Assembly: GCA_964534375.1 (NCBI GenBank)
Contig: CAZHPN010000030.1
Span: 1-42,085, forward strand
Reading direction: 5' to 3'
Source of the DNA: an uncultured bacterium
GTDB taxonomy: Bacteria; Lernaellota; Lernaellaia; Lernaellales; Lernaellaceae
Length of the DNA stretch: 42,085 bases
Shown here: positions 1 through 10,600 of the stretch, piece by piece
Numbering within the stretch: position 1 is the stretch's first letter
Layout: every line of letters begins with the position of its first letter
Position numbers and translations under genes: made by a program
The notes under the pieces: generated by a model
What the model was told of the DNA's origin: nothing
The model's input: the letters and a program-made list of their open reading frames with translations, nothing else
Databases searched by the model: none

Positions 1-2
1 CC

Positions 3-533
3 CTGCGCGGCGCGCCGTTCCTTTATTACGGCGAGGAACTGGGCATGACCAACCGCTGGCTGCCGCGCCGCTGGATGAAAGACCCCATCGGCAAAAAATC
101 CTGGCCGCTGTTCAGCCGCGATTGCTGGCGCACGCCGATGTTGTGGACGCCGGGCCCCGGCGCCGGTTTCACCACCGGCGACCCCTGGCTGCCGCTCGAC
201 CCCGACGCCGATCGCCTCAATGCGCAGACCGCCGGCGCGCGGCCCGATTCGCTGCTCAATTTCTATCGACGCCTGATCTGGCTGCGCAAGGAACTGCCCG
301 CCCTGCAAATCGGCGCGTACGAACCCGTCGCCGCCGCCGACCCGGCCGTGTTCGCCTTCCGCCGCCGCACGGCGAATCAGTCGCTGTTCGTGGCGCTCAA
401 TTTCACGGACCGCGCAATTCCCGTCGCCGGCGCGGCCGGCGGCAACGTGCGCTTCAGCAGCGAACCATGGCGCACCGACGCCGGCGCGCGGCTGACCCTC
501 GCGCCGTACGAAACAGTGATCCTGGAGGAATGA
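3..533 (+). CDS. GH13 alpha-glucosidase/alpha-amylase family protein, C-terminal part (5' truncated by window)
   Basis: Frame open from base 3: LRGAPFLYYGEELGM...SRDCWRTPMLW...GFTTGDPWLP...SLLNFYRRLIWLRK, typical oligo-1,6-glucosidase-like motifs. Confidence 0.9.
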   Translation: MRGAPFLYYGEELGMTNRWLPRRWMKDPIGKKSWPLFSRDCWRTPMLWTPGPGAGFTTGDPWLPLDPDADRLNAQTAGARPDSLLNFYRRLIWLRKELPALQIGAYEPVAAADPAVFAFRRRTANQSLFVALNFTDRAIPVAGAAGGNVRFSSEPWRTDAGARLTLAPYETVILEE

Positions 534-923
534 GCGGGGGAAGAGCTTCCACGGATTGCGCAGCGCGGCCGTTGTCCTAAGTTGGGTTAGTTCGGGCAAT
601 CTACAGATTACGCCGATTGCACAGATTTCCGCGGACGGTCCGCGACGCAGCCGCCAAATCTCTGTCCGTCTCTGCGGCATCTCCGTGTGAGGTCCGGATC
701 TGTGAGGGCGTTTAGGTCCCTGGATTCCCGCCGCCTCGCGATGTTATTTTGATAGATTTCTAGCGCCACGGAATGCGTTGAGTGTCGGTTTTCGTAGTTT
801 TGCAGTCGGCAACAACGACGACTTCGGCCGTTCCAATAGGCCAAAACAAGCAAAATTACAGAAGTAAGCCAATTTGCCCCCGGTGCGCTCGGCGGGAGCC
901 CGCCGCCTGTGGATGCTCGCAGC

Positions 924-3900
924 CTAGTCGACCATGCCGCCGAGCTGCATGAGCAGCGACCGGGCTTGCCGGTCGTCGGGCCGGATTTCCAAGACGCGCT
1001 GAAACACCGCCCGAGCTTCCGGCAACCGCTTCTGCCGCATGTACAGCAAGCCGAGGTTGCCCAGGGCGATCGTGTCCTGCGGGTCCAATTCCAGCGCCTT
1101 TCTCAGCGCCTGTTCCGCCTCGCGATCACGCCCGGCGTCGCCGAGGTAATACCCGTAGAACATCTGCATCTTGGCGCTCTTGGGGAATTTCGTCAGCGCC
1201 GTGCGGAACAGGTCGTCCGCCTGGGCCGCTTCGCCGGTCCGGCGCAGCGCAATGGCCAGCCGCGCGTAAATCTCCGGATTGGGGCCGGCGGTCTCCAGCA
1301 CGGCGGCGAGCCAGCCCTTGGCCTGCGCGAAATCGCCGAGCTCGAAATAGGCTTCCCCGATTTTGGCGACGGCCGCGGCGTCGTGCGGATCGAGTTGATG
1401 CACCCGCGCGAAATACGAAATCACGGCCCCGTAATCGCGCTTTTGGAATTGCACCTCGCCCATCGTCGCCAGGGCGACGAGGCTGTCCGGATTGTCCTTG
1501 AGTTCCTGCGCGAGCATCTTCTCGGCCTCGGACAGTTTTCCGGTTTGCAGATACTCGCGGACCTTCCCCAGCCGCGAATCGGAAACCGTGGTGCGACCGA
1601 AGAGCGCCGTGGCGGGGTCCACCGGCGCGTTTTTCGGCGGCGGCCCCGGCTCCGGCGGCGGCTTGTCGGCGCCCAGGACGCCCGGCGACAGGCGTAGAGC
1701 GTTCGCCAGCAACTCCCGGCCGGCGGCGGCCCCGCGCCATTTCCCAGCCATGAAATCGAGCACCAGGCCGACCGCGACGTAGCGGTCGCGCTGGGCGGCG
1801 AGCAAGTCCGGCTTGTTCTCGACGCCGGCGAGATCGACGACGGCCAGCGGGTCGCCCCGCTGCGCCATCATGCCGCTCAAGATCGCCGTGTACGTGGCCG
1901 ACGCGATGTTGCCGACGTCGGCAAGCGCGGCGAACTCGAGATACGGCCGGTTGTCGGTGGAGACCGTCGCCTCATGCGCGTACGCCGCAAGCTGGTCCCG
2001 GCCCAGGAGGATAAAATTGATCAGGTCCAGCGGTTCCTTGATCTTGAGCTCGTCGAGGTGCGCCTTGATCGACTCGTTCGCCATTTGTTCGGCCAGGCGC
2101 TGGTAGTTGTAAAACGGGCCGGAGCCTTTCTTGCCGATCAAGAGCGCGTGGCCGTTGCGGCCGACGTGGGGGAACACGAGGATGCTGTTCGGGAAAACCT
2201 CGACGAAACTGCGCATCATCGATTTCACCGCCGATTCACCGAGCAGGAACAGCGGGACCGCGCACGACATGACGCCGTCGTCGCGCAGCCGGTCGCGCGC
2301 CGCGGCGAACGCCTCGCGGGTATAGAGGCCGGCGGCGCCCGGCGCCCGCGGATGCGCGGCGGCGAGCGCGATCAGATCGTATTTGTCGGCGGACAAATGG
2401 ACATAATTCCGGCCGTCCATGATGATCTTGCGCAGCTTCTTGTCCGCCTGGATGTCGTGGTTGAGGTCGTCGAACTGCGACGCCGCCTCGAACACGCCCG
2501 GATACGGCTCCGCCACGTCGAGCCGCCGCAGGTCGTACAATGTCAGCATTCGCGCCGTCTCGCCGCTGCCGAAACCGACGAGCAACGCGTCTTGCGGATG
2601 CGGATGCGCCAACGCCAGCATGTGCAATTGCACCACGGGCGCCAGGCGCGGCGTCAGGTCGCCGGCGGAGGCGATGATCTCGCCGTTGAGATAGAGCCAG
2701 CGCCGCTCGGGGGAGCCGACGACGACGACCGCCGCGGCGGCGTCTTCTTTGGCGTAGCGGACCTGGTCGCCGGGGCTCTTTTCCTCGAACAACGCCGGCA
2801 GCAGATCGTCGGTCGGGCGGATGATCGCGAACGCCGCGACGATCAGGCCGATCGCCACCGGCGTCAAATGCCGCGCCTGTTTCGCCGCGGAGAGAAACAG
2901 CGCCGCTGCGCCCGCGAGAAAGGCGAAACCGGCCGCGCCGAACAGCGTCCACTGCGCCCCGCAGACCGGCAGAAAAAGGAATCCGGCGCCGCCCAAGCCG
3001 CCAAGGCCGCCAAGCGCGCCGGCGGCGACGAGCAGGCCCGTGCGCCGCGCCGGCCGCAACGCGTCGCCGAAAAACGCGCGAACCAGCGGCGGCACGGCGC
3101 CGCCCGTAAAGAACGCCACCAAAAAGTAAGCGGCCCAGACCATGTCGAACTGCACGGCAAAGGGGCTGACGAAGCTCCCTCGGCCGAAGACCCGTTTCGC
3201 CGCCGCGAGAATTTCGGGCGTCGGGGTCAGCAGCACGATGATCGCCCAGGCGAAGATCGCCGCCCACACTACCGCTGCGGCGCCGGCGTGGAGCGGTTGG
3301 GCGGTCTTTTCCGAGCGGCGCGCCATCGCCGCGGCGCCGGCGGCCAGACCGGCGAGATAAAGGGCGATGGTTTTCGCCCACAAATAAGTGGTGGCCTCGC
3401 TCTTCAGCACAACCAGGCGGAAGAACATGGCTTCGATCCCGAACGCAACGAGCGCGCCGGCCGCGACCAGCAACAGCGCCAGCCAGGCGGTGCGTTCCGG
3501 CGCGGCCCGGTGCTTGGTGCGCGCCGGTTCCGTCGGCAACGCGCTTGGCGCCTCGCGCCGGAAGAACGCCAAGGCGGCCAACCCGGCCAGCGCATTGCAG
3601 GCCACGGCGGCAAACGCAGTCTGATAAACGCCGAGCGCACGGATCAGCAGGTGCGTGGTCAGCAACGCGCCCGCCGCAGCGCCAAACGTAAAGGCCGCGA
3701 AAAGCCGGCCAACCTGCTTGCCGGCTTCTTCGGCTTTCGGCCGGGCCGCGCGCGCGAGCGCCGGCAGCGAGGCGCCCATCAACGCGGAGGGGATCGCCAG
3801 CAGTAGGAAGCAAAATACGACGCGCGCCGTCGCCACGAACGCCGACCCGGGGCCGGCCCAGCGGAAAATCGCGGTGTAGATCGCGTCCGCGCCGAAGCGG

Positions 3901-4163
3901 CCGGCGAGCACGAGCGCGGCGGCGGCGGCAACGCCAAGCTGAAGCAGTCCGAAGAGGCGGTACGGCCGCGGCGACGCGTCCGCGCGGTTGCCGAACCACC
4001 ACGCGCCCAGCGCCAGGCCGGCCAGAAACGCGCCGACCACGGCGGCGCCGGCCGGCGCCGTGTTGCCGAACGTCAACGAAAACAGGCGCAACCAGATAAT
4101 CTCGTGCGCCAGCCCGGCGCACCCGGAAATGAAAACCAGGGCAAAAATCACGACTTGCGGCAC
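924..4163 (-). CDS. Fused multi-TM (MFS-like)/spermidine synthase protein with C-terminal TPR repeats
   Basis: N-terminal FISGCAGLAHEIIWLRLFSLTFGNT and many TM helices; SAM-fold motifs LLVGFGSGET, MDGRNYV, KYDLI, LYTREAF; C-terminal TPR helices (ALELDPQDTIALGNLG). Confidence 0.85.
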   Translation of the reverse strand: MPQVVIFALVFISGCAGLAHEIIWLRLFSLTFGNTAPAGAAVVGAFLAGLALGAWWFGNRADASPRPYRLFGLLQLGVAAAAALVLAGRFGADAIYTAIFRWAGPGSAFVATARVVFCFLLLAIPSALMGASLPALARAARPKAEEAGKQVGRLFAAFTFGAAAGALLTTHLLIRALGVYQTAFAAVACNALAGLAALAFFRREAPSALPTEPARTKHRAAPERTAWLALLLVAAGALVAFGIEAMFFRLVVLKSEATTYLWAKTIALYLAGLAAGAAAMARRSEKTAQPLHAGAAAVVWAAIFAWAIIVLLTPTPEILAAAKRVFGRGSFVSPFAVQFDMVWAAYFLVAFFTGGAVPPLVRAFFGDALRPARRTGLLVAAGALGGLGGLGGAGFLFLPVCGAQWTLFGAAGFAFLAGAAALFLSAAKQARHLTPVAIGLIVAAFAIIRPTDDLLPALFEEKSPGDQVRYAKEDAAAAVVVVGSPERRWLYLNGEIIASAGDLTPRLAPVVQLHMLALAHPHPQDALLVGFGSGETARMLTLYDLRRLDVAEPYPGVFEAASQFDDLNHDIQADKKLRKIIMDGRNYVHLSADKYDLIALAAAHPRAPGAAGLYTREAFAAARDRLRDDGVMSCAVPLFLLGESAVKSMMRSFVEVFPNSILVFPHVGRNGHALLIGKKGSGPFYNYQRLAEQMANESIKAHLDELKIKEPLDLINFILLGRDQLAAYAHEATVSTDNRPYLEFAALADVGNIASATYTAILSGMMAQRGDPLAVVDLAGVENKPDLLAAQRDRYVAVGLVLDFMAGKWRGAAAGRELLANALRLSPGVLGADKPPPEPGPPPKNAPVDPATALFGRTTVSDSRLGKVREYLQTGKLSEAEKMLAQELKDNPDSLVALATMGEVQFQKRDYGAVISYFARVHQLDPHDAAAVAKIGEAYFELGDFAQAKGWLAAVLETAGPNPEIYARLAIALRRTGEAAQADDLFRTALTKFPKSAKMQMFYGYYLGDAGRDREAEQALRKALELDPQDTIALGNLGLLYMRQKRLPEARAVFQRVLEIRPDDRQARSLLMQLGGMVD

Positions 4164-4601
4164 GTGCGGCCCTCCGGCCTAAAAACCTTCCCAACCCCGC
4201 GAGAAATATCGTCGAACTCGCGGCGAAAGGCAATGGCTGGAACGGCTCACGCAGGGGTTTACAACGTTCCTGGGCCGTTGACCGCAGCCCCAAATCGCTC
4301 CCGAAGTTAACGCTTTTGTCTTGCGGTTTCCGGCTTCTGACTTCCGAGCCTCTTGCATGACCACCGGTTCAATGCGCGACCCGTCGCGCCGACCCCTCCC
4401 CGAAAATTTCGGGTCCCGAAATTTTCCGCCCCTCCCCGACACGGAGAGGGGCCAAGGGCAGGAACCGCAGTCGGTGTCGGGTCCGCAAACGATCTCGCCT
4501 AACCCTCGAATTCCCTTTCGCAGATGCAAAAAGTGATTCTTGCAATAAGCTCCTCTGGTTTCCGACTTCTGCCTTCTGACTTCTGTCTCCCGGCGCGGCC
4601 G

Positions 4602-6509
4602 TTATTTCGCCGCGGCGTCCGCCGGCTTCGCGGCCTGCGCATCTTTGGCGATCAGATCGTTGATGCGCCGGGCGAAGGCGGCCGGATCCGCCGGCCGCGA
4701 ACCTTCGGCGAGCACGGCCTGGTCGTAGAGCAGGCGCACGTAATCGGCGAGCCGCGGGTCGGCGGCGTTTTGTTCGAACAGCCCGCGCATGGCCTGCACC
4801 GCCGCGTGATCCGGGTTGAGTTCGAGGATGCGCTGCGCCTTGGCCATCTTTTCCTGCCCCAGTTGCTTGAGCACGGATTCGAGGTACGAACTCATCTCGC
4901 CCTCTTCGACGACCAGCACCGCGGCGCTTTCTTTCAAGCGCGACGAGAGGCGCGCGTCTTTGATTTCCGGCAGCTTCTCCTTGAAAAAGGCAAGCAGCGG
5001 CTGGAATTGGCCCTCGACGGTCTGCCGTTCGGCGTCGGTCGCGCCGGGCGCTTCGCTTTTGTCGGCGGCCTTGAAATGCTTTTCCTTGTATTCGTGCAGG
5101 CTGCCGACGACCCATTCGTCGATCGGGTCGGTCATCAGCAGCGTCTCCCATTCGCGGGCCCGCAGATTTTCGAGGTACGGCGAACGTTCGAGCAGGTCGC
5201 GGGACACGCCGATCAGATAATAGATATCCTTTTGCTCAGGTTTCATGCCCGCGACGTAGGCCGCCAGCGAGGTGTATTTGCCGGGCGCGGTTTTGGTCGA
5301 TTCGTAGCGCAGCAACTCGGCCAGCCGTTCGCGATTTTCGAAATCGGTGTAGGCGCCGGCCTTGAGAATGAGGCCCCATTCGCGGAAAAAGTCGGCGTAT
5401 TTGTCGGGCTCTTCCTGCGCCATGTCGATCAACGTTTGCAGAATCTTGTTGGTCAGCGCCTTCTGGATTTTGCCGATCAACGGGTTGTCCTGCAGCATTT
5501 CGCGCGAGACGTTCAGCGGCAGGTCCGACGAATCCACCAGGCCCCGCACGAAGCGCAGATAGGGCGGCAGCAGGGCCTCGGCGTTTTCGGTGATGAACAC
5601 GCGTTTGACGTACAGCGACGGCCCCTGGCGAAACGGATCGCCCGCCATGAACGCCGGCGGCCGGCGCGCCGGCACGAACAGCAGGGCGCGAAATTCCATC
5701 TGGCCCTCGGCGGCGTAGTGGATGGTCTTCAGCGGCGCCTGCGTGTCGCGGGTCAGGTGCTTGTAAAAATCCGTGTACTCCTCGTCTTTGATTTCGCCTT
5801 TGGCGCGCACCCAGATCGCCTTTTGCAAGTTGAGCGTTTCCTCGACCGTTTGCTTCTTGCCGTCGACTTCTTTCTCGACGTCGATGACGATCGGGTGCTC
5901 GACGAAATCCGAGAACTTCTTGACGATCGCGCGCAACTGCCAGTCTTCGAGATACTCCTTGGCGTCGTCTTTCAGGTGCAGCGTGACGTCCGTGCCGCGC
6001 TTTTCCTTGCGCGTCTTCTCGACGGTGTACGTGCCCTCGCCGGCGGAGGTCCAGCGCACGCCGTTTTCCGGATCGCCGGCCTGCCGCGATTCGACGGTCA
6101 CTTTGTCGGCGACCATGAACGCCGAATAGAAACCGACCCCGAACTGCCCGATCAATTCCGGCTGGTTTTGCACGTCGGCGGTCTTCAGGTTGTCGAGAAA
6201 TTCCTTGGCCCCCGACTTGGCGATGACCCCGAGTTCCTCGACGATCGATTCGGGCGACATGCCGATGCCGTTGTCGCTCACCGTGAGAGCGCTGTTCGGC
6301 TTGTCGACGCGCAGCACGATCTTCCAATCGGCGTTGTCTTCGAGAATCGCGGGTTGCGTCAGCCCGAGGAACCGCGCTTTGTCGATCGCGTCGACGGCGT
6401 TGCTGATCAACTCGCGCAGGAAAATCTCTTTGTTCGAATAGAGCGAATGGATGATGATATCCATCAACTGCTTCATCTCCGCCCGGAATTTTTTCGTGAC
6501 GGCGGTCAT
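4602..6509 (-). CDS. htpG: Molecular chaperone HtpG (Hsp90)
   Basis: IIHSLYSNKEIFLRELISNA, DNGIGM, IGQFGVGFYSAF, DLPLNVSREMLQ; ATG at 6509 preceded by GAAGGGGG RBS. Confidence 0.97.
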   Translation of the reverse strand: MTAVTKKFRAEMKQLMDIIIHSLYSNKEIFLRELISNAVDAIDKARFLGLTQPAILEDNADWKIVLRVDKPNSALTVSDNGIGMSPESIVEELGVIAKSGAKEFLDNLKTADVQNQPELIGQFGVGFYSAFMVADKVTVESRQAGDPENGVRWTSAGEGTYTVEKTRKEKRGTDVTLHLKDDAKEYLEDWQLRAIVKKFSDFVEHPIVIDVEKEVDGKKQTVEETLNLQKAIWVRAKGEIKDEEYTDFYKHLTRDTQAPLKTIHYAAEGQMEFRALLFVPARRPPAFMAGDPFRQGPSLYVKRVFITENAEALLPPYLRFVRGLVDSSDLPLNVSREMLQDNPLIGKIQKALTNKILQTLIDMAQEEPDKYADFFREWGLILKAGAYTDFENRERLAELLRYESTKTAPGKYTSLAAYVAGMKPEQKDIYYLIGVSRDLLERSPYLENLRAREWETLLMTDPIDEWVVGSLHEYKEKHFKAADKSEAPGATDAERQTVEGQFQPLLAFFKEKLPEIKDARLSSRLKESAAVLVVEEGEMSSYLESVLKQLGQEKMAKAQRILELNPDHAAVQAMRGLFEQNAADPRLADYVRLLYDQAVLAEGSRPADPAAFARRINDLIAKDAQAAKPADAAAK

Positions 6510-6768
6510 GGCTGCCCCCTTCTCAATCGTAGCGTATTCAAGCAAAACCGGCTTGGCGATGAAAGATTAATCATTTTTGTCCGGCGCGCAATCGCCGCGC
6601 GGAGGGCGCGAATGAGCCGTCGTACGCTGGCCGTTACGGCACACACCCGCTCGCAACGGGACGGCGCCACAGACTGGCTGCCGCGTCACCCGGCCGAGCT
6701 ACCGCTGCGCTGCTCACTGTTCGCTGTTCCCTGTTCGCTGACCACTGACCACTGACCACTCTGGCCCC

Positions 6769-7362
6769 TCACTTTCCGAAGAAGCCGGTCTTGCGCAAGG
6801 CGGGCACGATGACGTCGATTACGGAATTCATCAGATAATTCGCCGACGCCGGGCCGTGCGTCTGGGTCAAGAGCGACCAGATCGCGTCGCCGCGCGTCGT
6901 TTCGTAAAGCATGGATTCGACTTTGACGTCCACGGTGGCGTCGTAGAATTGCTTATCGACCGGGTTGTACACGTACGTCTTGGTGAAATCGTAGTACTTG
7001 GTGTCGCTCGCGGGCCGCAGCGTTGCTTCTTTTTCGAGGATTTGCACGACCAGAACGCCGCCGATGCCGGTGTGCCGCACGGTGTTTTCCACCGTTTCCC
7101 GCGTCAATTCCTTGTCGGTCGGCAGGACCTCCACGCTGGGGATCGCTTCAATGCCGTCGCTGCGCAAGCGCTCCGCCATCTTCTGTTCGAAATCCTTCCG
7201 ACTCACGGATTTTTCGGCCACGCCGACCACCATGACCGTCTTGATCGGCCCGCCGGCGAATTGCTCGTTTTTCCAGACGGCCAGCGGATGCGTCAGCGAA
7301 CAACCGGCAGCGGCCCAGCACAGCGCGAACAGCGGCAGCAGCGACAGAAACCTTGCTTTCAT
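6769..7362 (-). CDS. Hypothetical lipoprotein
   Basis: Signal peptide with lipobox AAGC; AAGGATGAGG upstream of ATG 7362. Confidence 0.75.
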   Translation of the reverse strand: MKARFLSLLPLFALCWAAAGCSLTHPLAVWKNEQFAGGPIKTVMVVGVAEKSVSRKDFEQKMAERLRSDGIEAIPSVEVLPTDKELTRETVENTVRHTGIGGVLVVQILEKEATLRPASDTKYYDFTKTYVYNPVDKQFYDATVDVKVESMLYETTRGDAIWSLLTQTHGPASANYLMNSVIDVIVPALRKTGFFGK

Positions 7363-7649
7363 TTGCGCCTCATCCTTGCTTCGACGAATCGCGTAGAGCG
7401 ACATGTTAAGGAAACCGTTTCCGGATGCCCGCCAACATATTGCCTTCGCGTCCGAGTTGCAATTGCCGGTCGCTGCGGCGGCGCCGCCGCGCGCCCGAAC
7501 GCAAGAGGGCGATGAGACCTATAGGACCTATGGGACGTATCGGACGTATGGGGCCGACAAGTCACATTACCGCACAGGGGAATGCAATGACCTCTGCGCC
7601 CTCGGCGTCCTCGGCGGTGAAAATCAAAAATGCAACAAACGAAACCCGG

Positions 7650-10600
7650 TTAACAGCCGCAGCCGCCCTTCCCGCTCGCGTGCGCGGCCGGCGGCGCGGG
7701 CGGGCTCGCGTCGTCGTTGTCGTTATCGTCATCGTCGTTGTCGTCGTCATTGTCATTATCATCATTATCGTCGTCGTCCGGGCCGGCCTGATGCGGCAAC
7801 GGCCAGCCGTAGTTGCCGCTGTGCTGGGCATCGTGCTGGTACGACGGCCACTGAATGTCGCCGTCGGCGCGGCCTTTCGTTTTCCAGACGAACAGCCCGC
7901 CCTCGCGGGTCGCGGCGGCGACCTCGAGCAGGCCGTCGCCGTCCATGTCGCCGACCACCGCCGTGCCCATCAGCCAGCCGCCGGTGAATTTCGGCCAGCC
8001 GGCCGGCTCGACGCCGAGCGCGTTGTAGGCGTGCAGAAAGTAGCCGCCGGAGCCGGCGATGACCGACGGGCGGCCGTCGCCCGTGATGTCGGCCACGGCG
8101 CTGGATCCGAGAAAGACGTTGTCTTCCAAAATGCGCGGGAAATAGGTCAGGCCGGCCCCGTCGTCGGCGGTCCAGGCCCCGATCAGCATGTCGGCCGGGA
8201 TGCGCAGGCCGGTGATCGCCAATTGAATCCCTTCGCGAATGCCCGGCCCCGCCTCGATGATCGCCAGCCGCCCGTCGCCTTCCAGATCGGCGATGGCCAC
8301 GTTCGCGTCGAGCGGAATCATGATCGGTTCGACGCTGCCGGAATGCGGGCTGCGGATCCACGGGCACATCACGTGGACGATGCTGCCGTCGGCGTCGTAG
8401 ATCACCGGCGGGGCGACGCCGGCGTGCGTCACGATTCGGTCCTTGCCGTCGCCGGCGAAGTCGGCGGTCGTCACCGAGGTCGAGACGCCGGTCGCCAGGA
8501 TCGGCAGCGTGTTCAAGTTGTACCCGTACACGTCGATCGGCCAGCCGGGCAGAAACGGTCCGCCCGCGTGGCCATTGCCGTCCGGCCACAGCGCATAGAC
8601 GCGGCCGGTGTTGCCGTAGACTTCATTCGTGCCGACGAGGATTTCGTAGCGTCCGTCGCCGAACAAATTGGCCGCCGCGGGCGTGGCGGCGATGCGCGCG
8701 CCGTCGTTGCCGCTCGGATCGCGGCAGAGCACGGGCCAGCCGGCGACGGCGCTGCCGTCGCCGCGCCAAGCGTACACGTATTGATCCATCCCGGCGGCGA
8801 CGATGTCGAACTTCCCGTCGCCCTCGAGATCGGTCAGCAGCGGCGCGCCGAAAAATCCGGTGTCGAGGCGCATCGTCGGATCGAGGTGCGCCGGGTCCAT
8901 CGCGACCGGGAAGCCGGCCCGCAGTTCGCCGTCGGCGCGCCACGCGTAGAGTTCGCCGCCCAGCGTGCCGACCACGACGCTCATTTCGCCCGTGCCGTCG
9001 AGATCGCCGACCGCCGGCGCGCCCACCACGCCCTGCCGCCACGCGCTGGGCATCTGGCCGCTGCGATACGCCGCCGAATTGAGATAGTTCGGGCCGGCCG
9101 GGTCCTGGCCCGCGACGAGATCGACGTACTGCGGCCAGCCCGGCATTTCCTGCCCGCCGGCGCGAAACGCGTGAATGGCGCCGTCGCCGGCCGCGACGAT
9201 CAGGGCGAAGACGCCGTCGCCGGCGAGGTCGGCCATCGTCAGCGGCGCTTCGCCCGACGCGCCGAGGTCGATGGGGAAACCGGGAGCCCAATCCGGATCG
9301 CTGTAAAAGAAGAATTGATGATAATACTCGGTCGTATTGCCCCGCGAATCGGTCACCGTCAGCCGCACCAGCGCCGCATGCTCGCCGGTGACGTCGTCCG
9401 ACACCGCCTTCGTCCCCCGCAGACGCGCCGACGCGATCTTGCCGAGCACGCCGTGCACCGGCGCCGTCAGATTTTCGGCGTGGCCGAAGAGCGTCCACGA
9501 ACTCGGGTCGGGGTCGACGCCGCCTTGCGCTTCCAACTTGTAGCTGAACGACGACGCGCGGCGGGCATTCACATAGCCGACGATCGCCGCCGAACCCGAC
9601 GCCGGGTTGACCAGCTCGAACCAGCCCGGCGAGTCGATGTACGCCTCCGGCGGGATCGTCGTCGGCGTCACCATGTCCACCGCCGCGCGCGCGTTGAAGC
9701 GACCGTGGCCGGTGTACTTGTCCCACCCCGGCAGCGTGCGGTACTTCCACCACTCGTATGCCGCCTCGGGCAGATAGACGTCGGTCGCGCTGGCCGCCAC
9801 GATCGAAAACACCTCGTCGGCCGTCAGCGGCGGATTCAGGCCGGTCTCGATGGCGCGCGAGTAAATCAGGCCGAGCCCGCCGCCGACCACCGCCGTCGCG
9901 CACGAGCTGCAACAGCCGCTCGAGCCGTCGACCGTGATTTTCGACCCCCAGTTGGTGCAGGCGTCGAGGGCCATGAAGCTGGTCGTATTCGGCATCGGCA
10001 GGTCGTAGAGGAGATTGTTGACGGTGATCGTGCGCGAGTAGTTCGCCGGGTAATTGTGATGAAACGCATTTTCGTCCGCCGCGCTGGCGGAGATCGCGAC
10101 GTTGTGCGACAGCGCGTATTCCACCGCAGCGCGCGCGAACGGCGTGTTGTTGACCGTCCCGAGCGCCTCGGAAATGACGCTGGCGCCGCTGTCGGTCGCA
10201 AAGACGACGCCCTGCGCGAAGCGGTTGGCGTCGGCCACGAAGGTGTCGCCGACGCGGACCGGCAAAAGCAGGCAGTTCGGGCAGACGCCGGCCCCGCCGA
10301 TGCCGTTGTTGGTCTGCGCGGCGGCGATCTCCGACTCTTGCGTGCCGTGCCCGAAGCGGGTCTCGTCTTCGGGGTAATTCGTGTTGCGGAAGAAATCCCA
10401 GCCGCAGATGTCGTCAATGTAACCGTTGTGGTCGTTGTCGATGCCGTCGGAAAAAATCAGGATCAGGTCGCCGGGGTCGAGGATGCCGTTGCCGTTGGCG
10501 TCGAAGACGCGCGGGTCGTTGGCGTACTGCTGGACGTTGAACACGCCGCTGCCGTTGCAGTCCCAATTCGGGCAAAGCTGGTCGCCGTTCATCGGCTGCG

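Noticed and set aside
540..900. Possible ncRNA or gene between the glycosidase and the spermidine-synthase fusion
   Set aside because: Only degenerate short repeats and no recognisable tRNA, riboswitch or credible ORF
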